64,000 bases of DNA, from contig JBHYGA010000004.1 of assembly GCA_051859245.1 (NCBI GenBank), positions 288,001 through 352,000 of the forward strand, read 5' to 3'. The DNA is from Gemmatimonadaceae bacterium. Its GTDB lineage: Bacteria > Gemmatimonadota > Gemmatimonadetes > Gemmatimonadales > Gemmatimonadaceae. The first letter of the stretch is position 1, and every line of letters starts with the position of its first letter. The translations under genes and the position numbers were made by a program. Below, piece after piece: positions 8,994 to 19,467 of this stretch. Under the pieces are notes generated by a model. The model was not told where the DNA came from and ran no database searches. It saw only the letters and a list, made by a program, of their open reading frames with translations.

Positions 8994-10082
8994 ATGCGTC
9001 ATCATAAGGCGATGGCTGCCTTCTCAATGCTCTTTTCCAGCAATCCGGTCAACCGCCGAGTCCTCACGCGCGCGCTCGCGTCAGTCGCGGCACTCGCCGC
9101 GCTCGCGGCCTGCGGCGGCGATAAGCCGGAAGCCGCGCCCGCCATGAGCGAGTTTCGCGTCGCGCTCCTCACCCCGGGGCCCATCTCTGATCAGGCGTGG
9201 AACGGCGGCGCCTATGACGGCCTGATGGCCCTGCGCGACTCGCTTGGCGCCAAGGTCAGTCATATCCAGACCAAAACGCCGGCCGAGTTCGAGGAGAACT
9301 TCCGGCAGTATGGGGCGCAGGGCTACGACATGGTGGTTGGCCACGGCTTCGAGTTTCAGGACGCCGCGCTGCGCGTCGCACCCGCGTACCCGAACACCGT
9401 CTTCATTTGTACCTCCGGCAACGCCACGGCACCGAACCTGTCGGGGATGAACTTCGCCTTTGAAGAAGTCTCATTCCAGCTCGGCATGATTGCCGGTGCG
9501 CTGACCAAGACCGGCATCATCGGCGCGATCGGCGGCGGGGATCTTCCACCCGTGAGCGCCAGTTTCAAAGCCTACGAGCGCGGCGCGAAGTTCTCGAACC
9601 CCAACGTGACGGTGCTCATTTCATACTTGGGCACGTGGGACGACGTAAACGCCGGCAAGGAACAGACGCTAGCTCAGATCGCGCGCGGCGCCGACATTGT
9701 TTTTCAAAACGCAGACGCCGCAGGACTCGGCATTATTGCCGCCGCGCGTGAAAAGAATATCCTCGCGTTTGGCGCGAACTCGAATCAGAACAACATCGCG
9801 CCTGATCACATTCTGGGTTCGATCGTGATCAACTGGCCGCGCGCGATGCTCACGGTCGCGCGTGAAATCCAGGCCGCACCATACAAGAGCACGGTCTATC
9901 AGTTCGGTTTGCGCGCCGACGTCGTGAACCTGGTGCTCAATCCCAAGCTCGAATCACGCCTGCCTGATACGCTGCGCGCACGCGTGGACTCCGTTGGCAA
10001 CGCCATTCGCGAAGGCCGCTTTCACGAAATGGACGACGTCCTGCGTCCGGCCGACAAACGCACGGACACCGCACGCCCGTGA
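8994..10082 (+). CDS. BMP-family (nucleoside) ABC transporter substrate-binding lipoprotein; true start may be slightly downstream
   Basis: Lipobox LAAC; GPISDQAWN..YDG, GHGFEF, GADIVFQ. Confidence 0.9.
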   Translation: MRHHKAMAAFSMLFSSNPVNRRVLTRALASVAALAALAACGGDKPEAAPAMSEFRVALLTPGPISDQAWNGGAYDGLMALRDSLGAKVSHIQTKTPAEFEENFRQYGAQGYDMVVGHGFEFQDAALRVAPAYPNTVFICTSGNATAPNLSGMNFAFEEVSFQLGMIAGALTKTGIIGAIGGGDLPPVSASFKAYERGAKFSNPNVTVLISYLGTWDDVNAGKEQTLAQIARGADIVFQNADAAGLGIIAAAREKNILAFGANSNQNNIAPDHILGSIVINWPRAMLTVAREIQAAPYKSTVYQFGLRADVVNLVLNPKLESRLPDTLRARVDSVGNAIREGRFHEMDDVLRPADKRTDTARP

Positions 10083-10855
10083 GCACACCACTCGCCGAGA
10101 TCGTGACCGCCCTTGATCACGAGCTGCGCACGCGTGACATCACCGACTACGGTGGTGCGCACAACGGCTTGCAGGTCGCGAATCGCAGCGGCATCACACG
10201 AGTCGCGACCGCAGTGGACGCGTCGCGTGATACGATTAAAGATGCCGCGGCGAGTGGCGCCAACCTGCTCATCGTGCATCACGGACTGTTCTGGGTTGGT
10301 GTGCAACCAATCACTGGTGTCACGTACGAACGCTTGCGGTTGCTGCTTGACCACGACATCGCGCTCTACAGCTCGCATCTACCGCTCGACGCCCATCCGT
10401 CACTCGGCAACAATGTGCAGCTGGCACAGGCGCTCGGCCTCACACCATCAGGTGAGTTTGCGCAGCACAAGGGGTTTGCCATTGGAGTACGAGGCGCTGC
10501 AGACATGGCCACATCCTCACTGGTAGAACGCGCGCGCGTGTACGCCGAGTCGTACGGTGGCAGTGTGCGCACCTCACTGCCGGCTGGCGATCGCCACACC
10601 AAACACTGGGCGATTTGCACGGGCGGCGGCGCGAACAGCGACACGCTGCGCGAAGCGTACGCGCTTGGCGTTGACACATTGATTGTTGGCGAAGGTCCAC
10701 ATCACACCGCTGTCGACGCCATCGAGCACGATCTCTGCGTGATCTACGCCGGCCATTACGCGACCGAAACGCTCGGCGTGCAAGCGCTCGGCTCGTGGCT
10801 GCACGCGCAATTCGCCCTGCCACACGGATTCATTCTCCGCCCCACGGGGCTGTGA
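10079..10855 (+). CDS. Nif3-like (DUF34/YbgI) dinuclear metal-centre protein
   Basis: NGLQV, LIVHHGLFW, SSHLPLDAH..GNN, AGHYATE. Confidence 0.93.
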   Translation: MSTPLAEIVTALDHELRTRDITDYGGAHNGLQVANRSGITRVATAVDASRDTIKDAAASGANLLIVHHGLFWVGVQPITGVTYERLRLLLDHDIALYSSHLPLDAHPSLGNNVQLAQALGLTPSGEFAQHKGFAIGVRGAADMATSSLVERARVYAESYGGSVRTSLPAGDRHTKHWAICTGGGANSDTLREAYALGVDTLIVGEGPHHTAVDAIEHDLCVIYAGHYATETLGVQALGSWLHAQFALPHGFILRPTGL

Positions 10856-10862
10856 GTCAGGC

Positions 10863-12392
10863 GTGATCTCTGGTCACGACCGTAAGGCACAGCCAAAACT
10901 CGGCGCTCCGGAAACACCCGCGCTCGCGTTGCGCAATGTGAGTAAATCGTTTGGCGACGTACGCGCCCTGCACAACGTCGACCTGATCATTCGCCGCGGC
11001 ACGGTGCACGCGTTGCTCGGTGAAAATGGCGCGGGCAAGAGCACACTCATGCGCGTGGCCTTTGGACTCGCCACCGCAGACGCAGGCACGATACAAATCG
11101 GCGACGCTATGCACAGTGGTGCCGAAGCACGCACACACACCCCCGCGAATGCCATGTCGCTTGGGCTGGGCATGGTGCACCAACACTTCTCGCTCGTGTC
11201 CGCCATGACCGTCGCCGAAAATATCGCACTCGGCAATCGCGGACGATTCACGCCGGCGCAGGTGGCCGACTCGGTGCGCGAGATCGGAACGCGCACCGGA
11301 CTGTCGCTCGATCCCCATGCGCTGGTGAGCGAGCTGTCGGTCAGTGCGCAACAACGCTGCGAGATCATCAAGGCCCTTGCGCGCAACGCCCGCGTGCTGA
11401 TTCTCGATGAACCCACTGCTGTGCTCGCGCCCGAGGAAGCCCGTGCCCTGCTGCGGTGGGTGCGTGCGTTTGCGAACGAACACCCGGACCACGCGGTGGT
11501 GCTCATTACGCACAAGCTGCGCGACGCACTCGCGGTTGCCGATGACGTCACGGTACTGCGTCGCGGTGAACTCGTGGCTACTGGAACGGCGCAGAGTTTC
11601 ACTGAAGCGTCACTGGCCGATGCCATGCTCGGCCCGCACGAACGCAGCGCGCAACTCACCGAAGAAGTCGTGCCGATTGTCACACGGCACACCGATAGCG
11701 TGGGTGCGCATCATGTCGTGGTGCAGGCCGACGCACTCACGATTCACGATGCGCGTGGTGTACCGCGCGTGCGGCACGCATCGTTCACTGTGCGCGCCGG
11801 CGAAGTGGTTGGACTCGCCGCCATCGAAGGCGCCGGACAGGCGGAGTTGCTGCGCGCGGTGGCTGGACTGTTGCCGGTGCACAGTGGACGGTTACATCGT
11901 CCCGAGGAGGTGGGCTTCGTGCCAGAAGATCGGCATCGCGACGCCTTGTTGCTCGACGCGTCGCTCACGGAAAACTTTGCGCTGCGTGATGCCGGCTCGC
12001 GTCGAGGCCGAGTACCGTGGTCCGAGCTCGCGGCGCGCACCACAGCGGTGATGCGCGATCGTGATGTGCGGGCGGCGAGCGCCACGGTTGCCGCACGGAC
12101 GCTTTCGGGCGGTAATCAACAGAAGTTTGTGCTGGCGCGTGCGCTCGATGATGCACCGCCTGCGTTGGTCATCGAAAACCCAACCCGTGGGCTCGACTTT
12201 CGGGCCACGGCGGCCGTGCACGCCGCATTGCATGATGCGCGCGACGCCGGCATTGCGGTGCTCTTTTACAGTAGTGATCTCGACGAAGTGCTCACGGTGG
12301 CCGACCGCGTGCTGGTGCTGCACAACGGGTCGTTGCGCGAGGTCACACGCGAACGCGAAGCGGTAGGTCGCGCAATGCTGGGCGTGTCGTGA
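10863..12392 (+). CDS. ABC transporter ATP-binding protein (two NBDs, sugar/nucleoside type)
   Basis: GENGAGKST, LILDEPT, LSGGNQQK, PTRGLD. Confidence 0.95.
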   Translation: MISGHDRKAQPKLGAPETPALALRNVSKSFGDVRALHNVDLIIRRGTVHALLGENGAGKSTLMRVAFGLATADAGTIQIGDAMHSGAEARTHTPANAMSLGLGMVHQHFSLVSAMTVAENIALGNRGRFTPAQVADSVREIGTRTGLSLDPHALVSELSVSAQQRCEIIKALARNARVLILDEPTAVLAPEEARALLRWVRAFANEHPDHAVVLITHKLRDALAVADDVTVLRRGELVATGTAQSFTEASLADAMLGPHERSAQLTEEVVPIVTRHTDSVGAHHVVVQADALTIHDARGVPRVRHASFTVRAGEVVGLAAIEGAGQAELLRAVAGLLPVHSGRLHRPEEVGFVPEDRHRDALLLDASLTENFALRDAGSRRGRVPWSELAARTTAVMRDRDVRAASATVAARTLSGGNQQKFVLARALDDAPPALVIENPTRGLDFRATAAVHAALHDARDAGIAVLFYSSDLDEVLTVADRVLVLHNGSLREVTREREAVGRAMLGVS

Positions 12393-13492
12393 ATACGTCC
12401 CTGTCACCCGTGCTGGCGGCGATCGCGCGCGTGGCGGTCTTGCTGACCGTCACACTCGGTCTGCTCGTCGTGCTCTTGATCACGAGTGGTTACGACGCCG
12501 CTGATGCCATGCAAGCCATGGTGCGCGGCGCGGCAGGCTCATGGTACGCGATCACGTCGGCCACGCTCGTCCGGGCAGTTCCCCTCGCCCTCGCGGGCCT
12601 CGCGGTGGCCGTCGCGTTCCGCGCCGGTCTGCTCAACATTGGCGCCGAGGGTCAGCTATTGGCAGGCGCGGCGGGTGCGGCGGCCGTAGCGACGCTGTTG
12701 GGTAGAACGCCCGGCGCCTACATGCTACCAATCGTACTGCTCACCGGTATCGTGGCGGGTGGCGCGTGGGCAGGCATCGCGTCGTGGTTGCGTCAGCGTT
12801 TTGGCGTACTCGAAGTGATCAGCACGATCATGCTCAACTTTGTGGCGCTCAATGCCGTGGGTTGGCTTGTACGCGGCCCGCTGCAGGAACCCACGCGCAT
12901 TTATCCGCAAACAGAGGCGCTGGTGCCGGCCCTGCAACTCCCCGTGTTGCTGAGTGGCACGCGACTGCACCTTGGCATTGTGCTGGCGGTGATGCTGGCC
13001 GTCATCGCGTGGTGGTGGATGCGTACAACCGCCGGTGGATTTCGTCTGCGCGCTGTTGGTATGAATGCAAACGCAGCGGCAGTCTCCGGCCGCATCAATG
13101 TGGCGCGCGTCAGTTTGTTCGCCTTTCTCGCCAGCGGTGCCTTGGCTGGACTCGCCGGTGCGGTTGAACTCACGGGCGTCACGTACGCTCTCTACGAATC
13201 ACTGAGCCCTGGCTACGGATACACGGCCATCGCCGTGGCACTGCTGGCGCGATTGCATCCGCTCGGTGTGCTAGGCACGGCGGTCTTGTTTGGTGCATTG
13301 CAGGCGGGCGGCAATGCCATGCAGCGCGACGCGGGCGTGCCCATTGCCCTCGTGAACGTGGTGGAGGCGGTGCTGATCTTGCTGGTCATTGCCGCTGATC
13401 GCCTGCAGGAGTACCGCTCGCGTAGTGCAAGCGCCGGGGCACGCGGGGCGACGCCATCGGTGCCGTCAAACGCGGTCAGCGTGCCATCATGA
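12389..13492 (+). CDS. ABC transporter permease (nucleoside type)
   Basis: LLNIGAEGQ, EVISTIMLNF, GYGYTAIAVALL. Confidence 0.93.
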   Translation: MNTSLSPVLAAIARVAVLLTVTLGLLVVLLITSGYDAADAMQAMVRGAAGSWYAITSATLVRAVPLALAGLAVAVAFRAGLLNIGAEGQLLAGAAGAAAVATLLGRTPGAYMLPIVLLTGIVAGGAWAGIASWLRQRFGVLEVISTIMLNFVALNAVGWLVRGPLQEPTRIYPQTEALVPALQLPVLLSGTRLHLGIVLAVMLAVIAWWWMRTTAGGFRLRAVGMNANAAAVSGRINVARVSLFAFLASGALAGLAGAVELTGVTYALYESLSPGYGYTAIAVALLARLHPLGVLGTAVLFGALQAGGNAMQRDAGVPIALVNVVEAVLILLVIAADRLQEYRSRSASAGARGATPSVPSNAVSVPS

Positions 13493-14412
13493 TCGTGCCA
13501 CTCGAAGACTTTCTCGCGGCCGCTGTGCGCACCGCGACACCCCTCGCGTTTGCCGCACTCGGTGAGTGTGTCACTGAACGCAGCGGGGTGATCAACATCG
13601 GGCTCGAAGGTTCGATCATTTGCGGCGCGCTCGCGGCCACGATTGTGGCGGGCAGTGTGGGAGTGGCCGGCGGCTTTGCGGCCGGCGCCGCAGCGGGACT
13701 GATTGTGACGCTGATCTTTGCGCTGTTCGCCGTTTATCTGCGCGCTGACCAGATCATTACCGGTACCGCCATCACGCTGCTGTCGCTCGGATTCACCGGA
13801 CTGGTGTATAAAGCGTTTTACGGCGCGACGGGTGTTGGTCTCACCATTCCCACGATTGGTGCGGTCGACATTCCGCTGCTCTCGCAAGTTCCGCTGCTTG
13901 GTCGTGCATTGTTTTCGCAGCCGGTGGTCACGTACGCGCTCTACGCCATTGTTCCGGTCATGACATGGTGGTTCTGGCGCACACATGCAGGACTCGCGCT
14001 GCGTGCGGTGGGCGAGAGTCCCGACGCCGCGCTTGCGGCGGGCGTTCGTCCGCGATTGGTGCAGCTGCTCGCCGTCTTGTTCGGTGGCGCGTTTGCCGGC
14101 ATTGCGGGTGCAACGCTGGTACTCGCGCAATCGGGCACGTTCGTTGAAAACATGAGCGCTGGCAAAGGCTTCATAGCGATTGCGATTGTTGTGCTGGGTC
14201 GCTGGACTCCGCTCGGCGTAACAGGCGCAGCGTTGCTGTTTGGTGGCGCCAGCGCGTTGCAGTATCTGTTTCAGTCGCTGGGCTGGAGCAATGTGCCGTA
14301 TCAGTTGTTTCTCGCGTTTCCGTATGTGCTCACGCTGGTAGTGCTCGCCCGCGCCAGCGGTCGATCGGCCGCACCAGCGGCACTCGCGCGACGCAAACTC
14401 TCGCTTGGATAG
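13489..14412 (+). CDS. ABC transporter permease (nucleoside type)
   Basis: ERSGVINIGLEG, LRAVGESP, AGKGFIAIA, PYVLTL. Confidence 0.93.
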   Translation: MIVPLEDFLAAAVRTATPLAFAALGECVTERSGVINIGLEGSIICGALAATIVAGSVGVAGGFAAGAAAGLIVTLIFALFAVYLRADQIITGTAITLLSLGFTGLVYKAFYGATGVGLTIPTIGAVDIPLLSQVPLLGRALFSQPVVTYALYAIVPVMTWWFWRTHAGLALRAVGESPDAALAAGVRPRLVQLLAVLFGGAFAGIAGATLVLAQSGTFVENMSAGKGFIAIAIVVLGRWTPLGVTGAALLFGGASALQYLFQSLGWSNVPYQLFLAFPYVLTLVVLARASGRSAAPAALARRKLSLG

Positions 14413-14430
14413 ATCATTGTTCGTTCTCGC

Positions 14431-16038
14431 ATGCCACCGATGACTGCTCTCACGTTCGACAATCGCTTCGTCGCCGAGTTGCCGGGCGATCCTGATACGT
14501 CGAATCGGCGGCGGCAGGTGCTCGGCGCGTGCTGGAGTGCCGTAGAGCCAACGCCCGTGGCGGCGCCCACCGTGCTCGCACACGCGCGCGAAGTCGCCGA
14601 GCTGGTTGGCCTCACGTCTGATGATGTTGCATCGCCTGCATTCGCACGCGTGTTCGGTGGCAACGCGCTCTACGCGGGCATGCAACCGTACGCCGCGTGT
14701 TACGGCGGTCATCAGTTTGGCAACTGGGCTGGTCAGTTGGGAGACGGGCGCGCCATCACACTCGGCGAAGTGGTGAACACGCGCGGCGAACGCTGGGAAC
14801 TGCAACTCAAAGGAGCGGGCCCGACGCCGTACTCGCGCACGGCGGATGGCCGCGCTGTTCTGCGCTCGAGCGTGCGCGAGTTTCTGTGCAGCGAAGCCAT
14901 GTATCATTTGGGTGTGCGCACCACGCGCGCACTGAGTCTGGTAGACACCGGTGAACCTGTGGTGCGCGACATGTTTTACGACGGCAACGCACAAGCCGAA
15001 CGGGGCGCGATTGTCTGTCGCGTCGCGCCAAGTTTCATTCGCTTTGGCAACTTTGAGATTCTGGCCGCGCGCGATGAACGGGCGCTGCTCAATCAGTTGG
15101 TCGACTTCACCATTGCGCGTGACTTCGCGCACCTTGAAGGTGACGCGGCGACAAAACGCTCCGCCTGGTTTCGCGAAGTGTGCGAGCGCTCGGCGCGCAT
15201 GGTCGTGGATTGGATGCGCGTAGGCTTTGTGCACGGTGTCATGAACACCGATAACATGTCCATTCTTGGGCTCACGATTGATTACGGCCCGTACGGCTGG
15301 CTCGAAGACTTTGATCCCAACTGGACGCCCAACACGACCGACGCGGTGGGTCGCCGGTATCGGTACGGTCAACAGCCCGCCATTGTGCAGTGGAACCTCG
15401 TGCGTCTTGCAGAGGCGCTGCGACCGGTGTTCGATACGCCCGAACCGCTTGAAGCCGGGCTGGATGCGTTTCTTGCAGTGTATGATGGCGCGTACGAACG
15501 CATGATGAGTGCGAAGTTCGGGTTTGCTGAGCGTGGCGCGAGCGGAGACAACGTCGCGCTTGATGACACCGAACAACAACTCATCCGCGAAGCTTTCGGC
15601 CTCATGCACGCGGCACAGGCCGACTACACGCTCTTCTTCCGCGCACTCGGCAACGTGCCCGATGTGATCCCGCACGACGCGACCATCGTGAGTGTGCTCG
15701 GCGATGTGTTCTACCACGACGACGTGCTGGTCACGCACAACGAACCGTTCATGCAGTGGTTGCGGCGCTGGCACGCCCACGTGCTGTCGACCGGCGCATC
15801 GTCCACGGCACGCCGCGCCCGAATGCACGCCGTGAATCCCAAGTACGTGCTGCGTAACTGGATTGCCCAGGAAGCCATCGACCTCGCCGATCAGGGCGAC
15901 AGTTCACGCATTCACGAACTGCTCGACCTGCTGCGCACCCCCTATCACGAGCAGCCGGACAAGGAGCGTTTCGCCGCCAAACGACCCGAATGGGCGCGGC
16001 ACAAGGCGGGGTGTTCGATGCTGTCTTGTAGTTCGTAG
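14431..16038 (+). CDS. selO: Protein adenylyltransferase SelO (YdiU)
   Basis: [44 protein letters not shown]-terminal SCSS. Confidence 0.95.
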   Translation: MPPMTALTFDNRFVAELPGDPDTSNRRRQVLGACWSAVEPTPVAAPTVLAHAREVAELVGLTSDDVASPAFARVFGGNALYAGMQPYAACYGGHQFGNWAGQLGDGRAITLGEVVNTRGERWELQLKGAGPTPYSRTADGRAVLRSSVREFLCSEAMYHLGVRTTRALSLVDTGEPVVRDMFYDGNAQAERGAIVCRVAPSFIRFGNFEILAARDERALLNQLVDFTIARDFAHLEGDAATKRSAWFREVCERSARMVVDWMRVGFVHGVMNTDNMSILGLTIDYGPYGWLEDFDPNWTPNTTDAVGRRYRYGQQPAIVQWNLVRLAEALRPVFDTPEPLEAGLDAFLAVYDGAYERMMSAKFGFAERGASGDNVALDDTEQQLIREAFGLMHAAQADYTLFFRALGNVPDVIPHDATIVSVLGDVFYHDDVLVTHNEPFMQWLRRWHAHVLSTGASSTARRARMHAVNPKYVLRNWIAQEAIDLADQGDSSRIHELLDLLRTPYHEQPDKERFAAKRPEWARHKAGCSMLSCSS

Positions 16039-16094
16039 CCAGAAAACCCGGTCCGTTCCATTGCGGCGATGCGCGCCATAGGCCATCGTCCCGC

Positions 16095-17399
16095 GTGCCC
16101 GATCCCACCGCTCCCGAACCACTCAAGCGCGAGCTCACTCGCGTTGCCCTCGCCGCTCTGGCGCTGAACAGCATGATCGGCGCCGGCATTTTCGGATTGC
16201 CAGCCGGCGCGGCCAAGCTCACCGGGCTCTTCAGTCCGGTCTTGTTTCTGATCTGTGGCCTGCTCATGGCCACACTCATGCTCAGCTTCGCGCAGGCCGC
16301 GAGCTACTTCCAGGGCACCGGTGGACCGCTGCTCTATGCCAACACCGCGTTTGGTCCGTTCGTGGGATTTCAGACCGGTTGGTTGCTCTACGTTGGACGC
16401 GCCACCGCACTGGCCGCGAATGCGAATCTGCTGGCCACCTACCTCGGTAACTACATCACCGCGGTCAACGATGGCGTGGGACGCATGCTGGTGATTGTCG
16501 GCATCGGTGTGCTGTTCGCGTGGCTCAATGTGACGGGCGTCAAACAGGGCATGGGCGCGATTCTCGCGATCAGCGTGCTCAAGTTTGTACCGCTGGTTGT
16601 CTTTGTACTCATGGGACTCACCTACGTGCGTCCTGAAATGTTTGCAGGCGCAACAATCCCGAGCTTTGGCACGCTCGGTGAAGCGGCACTGCTCGTGTTC
16701 TACGCGTTTGTTGGTTTTGAAGGCGCGCTCGTTCCCGCAGGCGAATCCAAAGATCCAAGACGTGATTTGCCCGTTGCACTACTCGCCACCGCGGTTGGTG
16801 GCACGCTGCTGTACGTAGGCATTCAGGTGGTGAGTGTGGCGCTCACACCGGATCTTGCAAGCTCCACACGTCCACTCGCCGACGCCGCCGCGATCTTCAT
16901 GGGCTCATTTGGCGTGGCCATGATTTCGTTTGCAGCGATCGCCTCAAGCCTTGGCAACTTTGCGTCGTCAGTGCTCGCGGCACCTCGCATGACGTACGCG
17001 CTCGCTCGCGAAGGTTCACTGCCAGCCATTCTCGGCACCGTGCATCCGCGCTACAAAACACCGCACATCTCCATTCTGCTGTTTCTTACGCTTGGCGTGT
17101 CACTCGGTATTGCGGGTACCTTCACGCAGCTCGCCGTGATGAGTTCGCTGGCGCGATTGGTAGGCTACACCACGAGTCTCGCCGCACTGCCAAAACTGCG
17201 TCGCATGTTCGGACATGAACCGCAGGCCATGCAGTTGCCTGGCGGTTATCTCATTCCGGGCGCGGGCCTCGCGATCTGTGTCTGGCTCATGCTCCAGGTG
17301 CAATTTGAAGCCGTCTGGAAAACGGCCGCGCTGATCGCGTTTGGTACTGTGCTGTATCTGATTGCCCGGGCCACCGCGTCGCGCACTGCGGCGCAGTAA
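16095..17399 (+). CDS. APC-family amino acid permease
   Basis: IGAGIF, GGP..Y, FYAFVGFE; about 12 TM segments. Confidence 0.92.
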   Translation: MPDPTAPEPLKRELTRVALAALALNSMIGAGIFGLPAGAAKLTGLFSPVLFLICGLLMATLMLSFAQAASYFQGTGGPLLYANTAFGPFVGFQTGWLLYVGRATALAANANLLATYLGNYITAVNDGVGRMLVIVGIGVLFAWLNVTGVKQGMGAILAISVLKFVPLVVFVLMGLTYVRPEMFAGATIPSFGTLGEAALLVFYAFVGFEGALVPAGESKDPRRDLPVALLATAVGGTLLYVGIQVVSVALTPDLASSTRPLADAAAIFMGSFGVAMISFAAIASSLGNFASSVLAAPRMTYALAREGSLPAILGTVHPRYKTPHISILLFLTLGVSLGIAGTFTQLAVMSSLARLVGYTTSLAALPKLRRMFGHEPQAMQLPGGYLIPGAGLAICVWLMLQVQFEAVWKTAALIAFGTVLYLIARATASRTAAQ

Positions 17400-17495
17400 A
17401 GCACGCAGTGAGCTGGAGCGCAGAGGTCACTCCGGATCGTACGCTGAGCTCGCGCTGAGATCGTACAGTTCAATCGCACTGTCAGCGGTGCAGAT

Positions 17496-17876
17496 TCATC
17501 GCAGCAACGTCTGCGCAAACGCGTGGTCGCTCGGCGCGAGCGGATACGTCAGCAGCTCATGCGCCGCAATCCACGCCAGCTGCTCATGCTCCATCGCGTG
17601 CGGCTCACCATCGATCTCCGCGTCAACAAACGTGATCTCGAACACACTTGCACCATCGCGTTGAACGAATCGTTCGGCGCCGAGTGCAACGAGCGTCACC
17701 CCAAGCTCTTCGCGCAGCTCACGTGCCAGCGCATCGTAGTCAGACTCGCCCGCTTCCACTTTGCCACCCGGAAACTCCCACTGTCCCGCGTGTCGTTTTC
17801 CTGCGGGACGAAGCCCGAGCAGGTATTGTTCATGACGCACAATGACTGCGGCAAGCACGCGCACCGTTGCTGACAT
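17496..17876 (-). CDS. NUDIX hydrolase, MutT/NudG-like
   Basis: WEFPGGKVEAGESDYDALARELREELG Nudix box. Confidence 0.9.
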   Translation of the reverse strand: MSATVRVLAAVIVRHEQYLLGLRPAGKRHAGQWEFPGGKVEAGESDYDALARELREELGVTLVALGAERFVQRDGASVFEITFVDAEIDGEPHAMEHEQLAWIAAHELLTYPLAPSDHAFAQTLLR

Positions 17877-17913
17877 CCGGACATCCTGACCGTTAGGGAG
17901 CGAATAAACTACC

Positions 17914-18747
17914 ATGACTCAGCATGAACTTGCGGCGCAGTTCCGCGCCATGCACGCGGCCTCACCGATCCTGATTTTACCCAACGCCTGGGATCCCATG
18001 AGCGCGCGTCTTGTGGAAGAAGCCGGCGCGCGTGCGATTGCAACAACCAGCGCTGGTGTATCGTGGGCGCTTGGTTACCCAGACGGTCAGGGACTCTCAC
18101 GTGACGCGATGGCCAACGCGGTGCAGCGCATTGTGCAGAGTGTCCGCATTCCCGTCACCGCCGATATGGAGCGCGGTTACGGCAATGGCACGCCGGAAGA
18201 TATTGCGCTCACGGTGCGCGCCGTAGCGGACGCAGGCGCCGTTGGTGTGAACTTCGAAGACTCACCCGGTGCCGACGGGGCGCTGCTAAGTGATGCGAGT
18301 CTGCAAGCCGAACGCTTTGCGGCGGCCCGTGAAGCCGCCGCGGCGTCTGGTGTGGATGTGTTTATCAATGCTCGAATTGATACGTACGTAAAAAAGTTCG
18401 GCAACGACACCGAACGTTTTGATGAAACCGTGCGACGCGCACAACGCTACGTGGCCGCCGGCGCAGACGGTGTCTTCGTTCCGCTCGCAACAGAGCCAGA
18501 TGTGATTCGCCGACTTGCCGAAGCGGTTGGCGCACCGCTCAATGTGATTGGCGGTCCGGGCACGCCCACGATTCCCGAGTTGCAGGCGTTAGGCGTGGCG
18601 CGTGTAAGCGTGGGACCCGGTCTGGCGCGCAGCATCATGGCGCATATTCGCAGCGCAACACAGGAACTGCTCGGCGCAGGCACGTACAACGGTATTTACG
18701 AACAGATTCCGTCACCCGAAGCGAACGCGTTGTTCAAGGCGCGGTAA
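17914..18747 (+). CDS. Isocitrate lyase/PEP mutase family protein
   Basis: LPNAWD..SAR, ATTSAG, DMERGYG, NARID, AGADGVF. Confidence 0.92.
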   Translation: MTQHELAAQFRAMHAASPILILPNAWDPMSARLVEEAGARAIATTSAGVSWALGYPDGQGLSRDAMANAVQRIVQSVRIPVTADMERGYGNGTPEDIALTVRAVADAGAVGVNFEDSPGADGALLSDASLQAERFAAAREAAAASGVDVFINARIDTYVKKFGNDTERFDETVRRAQRYVAAGADGVFVPLATEPDVIRRLAEAVGAPLNVIGGPGTPTIPELQALGVARVSVGPGLARSIMAHIRSATQELLGAGTYNGIYEQIPSPEANALFKAR

Positions 18748-18791
18748 ACACCGCGCTCATTGCGAGCGCGGCGCGGCTGTGGCCCCGCGGT

Positions 18792-19382
18792 TCAGCGCGC
18801 CACGCACGCCATACCGGCCCACAAATCCGTAATCTTCGCGCTCGCGGACCCGGACTCCAGAATGCCCTGGAGTCCGCCCGCCATGAACTCCATGCCGAGC
18901 GTGCTCTGCTCGATTGTGGCCGCGTACACGCCTTCAAGCTCGGCCCGGGTTGCACCCAGTCCCACGTTGCTCATGGTGCGCAGCGTATCCGCACCCGCGC
19001 GCACTGTCCAGCCGAGAAACTGTTCCTTCTGCAGCACGATCTGCAGCCCGTTGGCGAACGACACAAACTCCACCGGGCCGGCGCCACACTCTTCGTTCGT
19101 GCCGCGCTCGACGACAGCGCCCGCGACCGCCGTGAGCATGTCGATCGCCGATGCCGCAGCTGTGCCGAAGCCGATGGCGCGCGTCGAACCCGTTTCACTG
19201 TTCACGAGCGTCAGGCCGTCGCCGGAGAGCGCCAACAGTGCGCGCGCTACGGGTGGCGACGAGTCGCCGACGGATTCCGCCACCGCCGGAACGCTGTCCA
19301 CAGCACCGCCATCGGCGGAGGGTTGTTCCGTCTGACAGGCAACGAGCAATAGCGTTAGCGCACAACACACGAAGAGTCTCAT
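18792..19382 (-). CDS. Hypothetical lipoprotein
   Basis: Lipobox LVAC; ECGAGP and LWAGMAC Cys pair. Confidence 0.7.
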   Translation of the reverse strand: MRLFVCCALTLLLVACQTEQPSADGGAVDSVPAVAESVGDSSPPVARALLALSGDGLTLVNSETGSTRAIGFGTAAASAIDMLTAVAGAVVERGTNEECGAGPVEFVSFANGLQIVLQKEQFLGWTVRAGADTLRTMSNVGLGATRAELEGVYAATIEQSTLGMEFMAGGLQGILESGSASAKITDLWAGMACVAR

Positions 19383-19467
19383 AGCCTGAGATGTACCCTC
19401 CAGCACGCGCGTTGGCCACTCGTCTCAACACTCTCACCCGGACGCGCGCTTCGGAGTACAATGGGAG

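Noticed and set aside
13213..15828. 871-aa minus-strand ORF
   Set aside because: Antisense shadow of the permease and selO genes in high-GC DNA; no recognisable motifs
16009..16038. Selenocysteine recoding in selO
   Set aside because: C-terminus is Cys (TGT) followed by a TAG stop; no in-frame TGA
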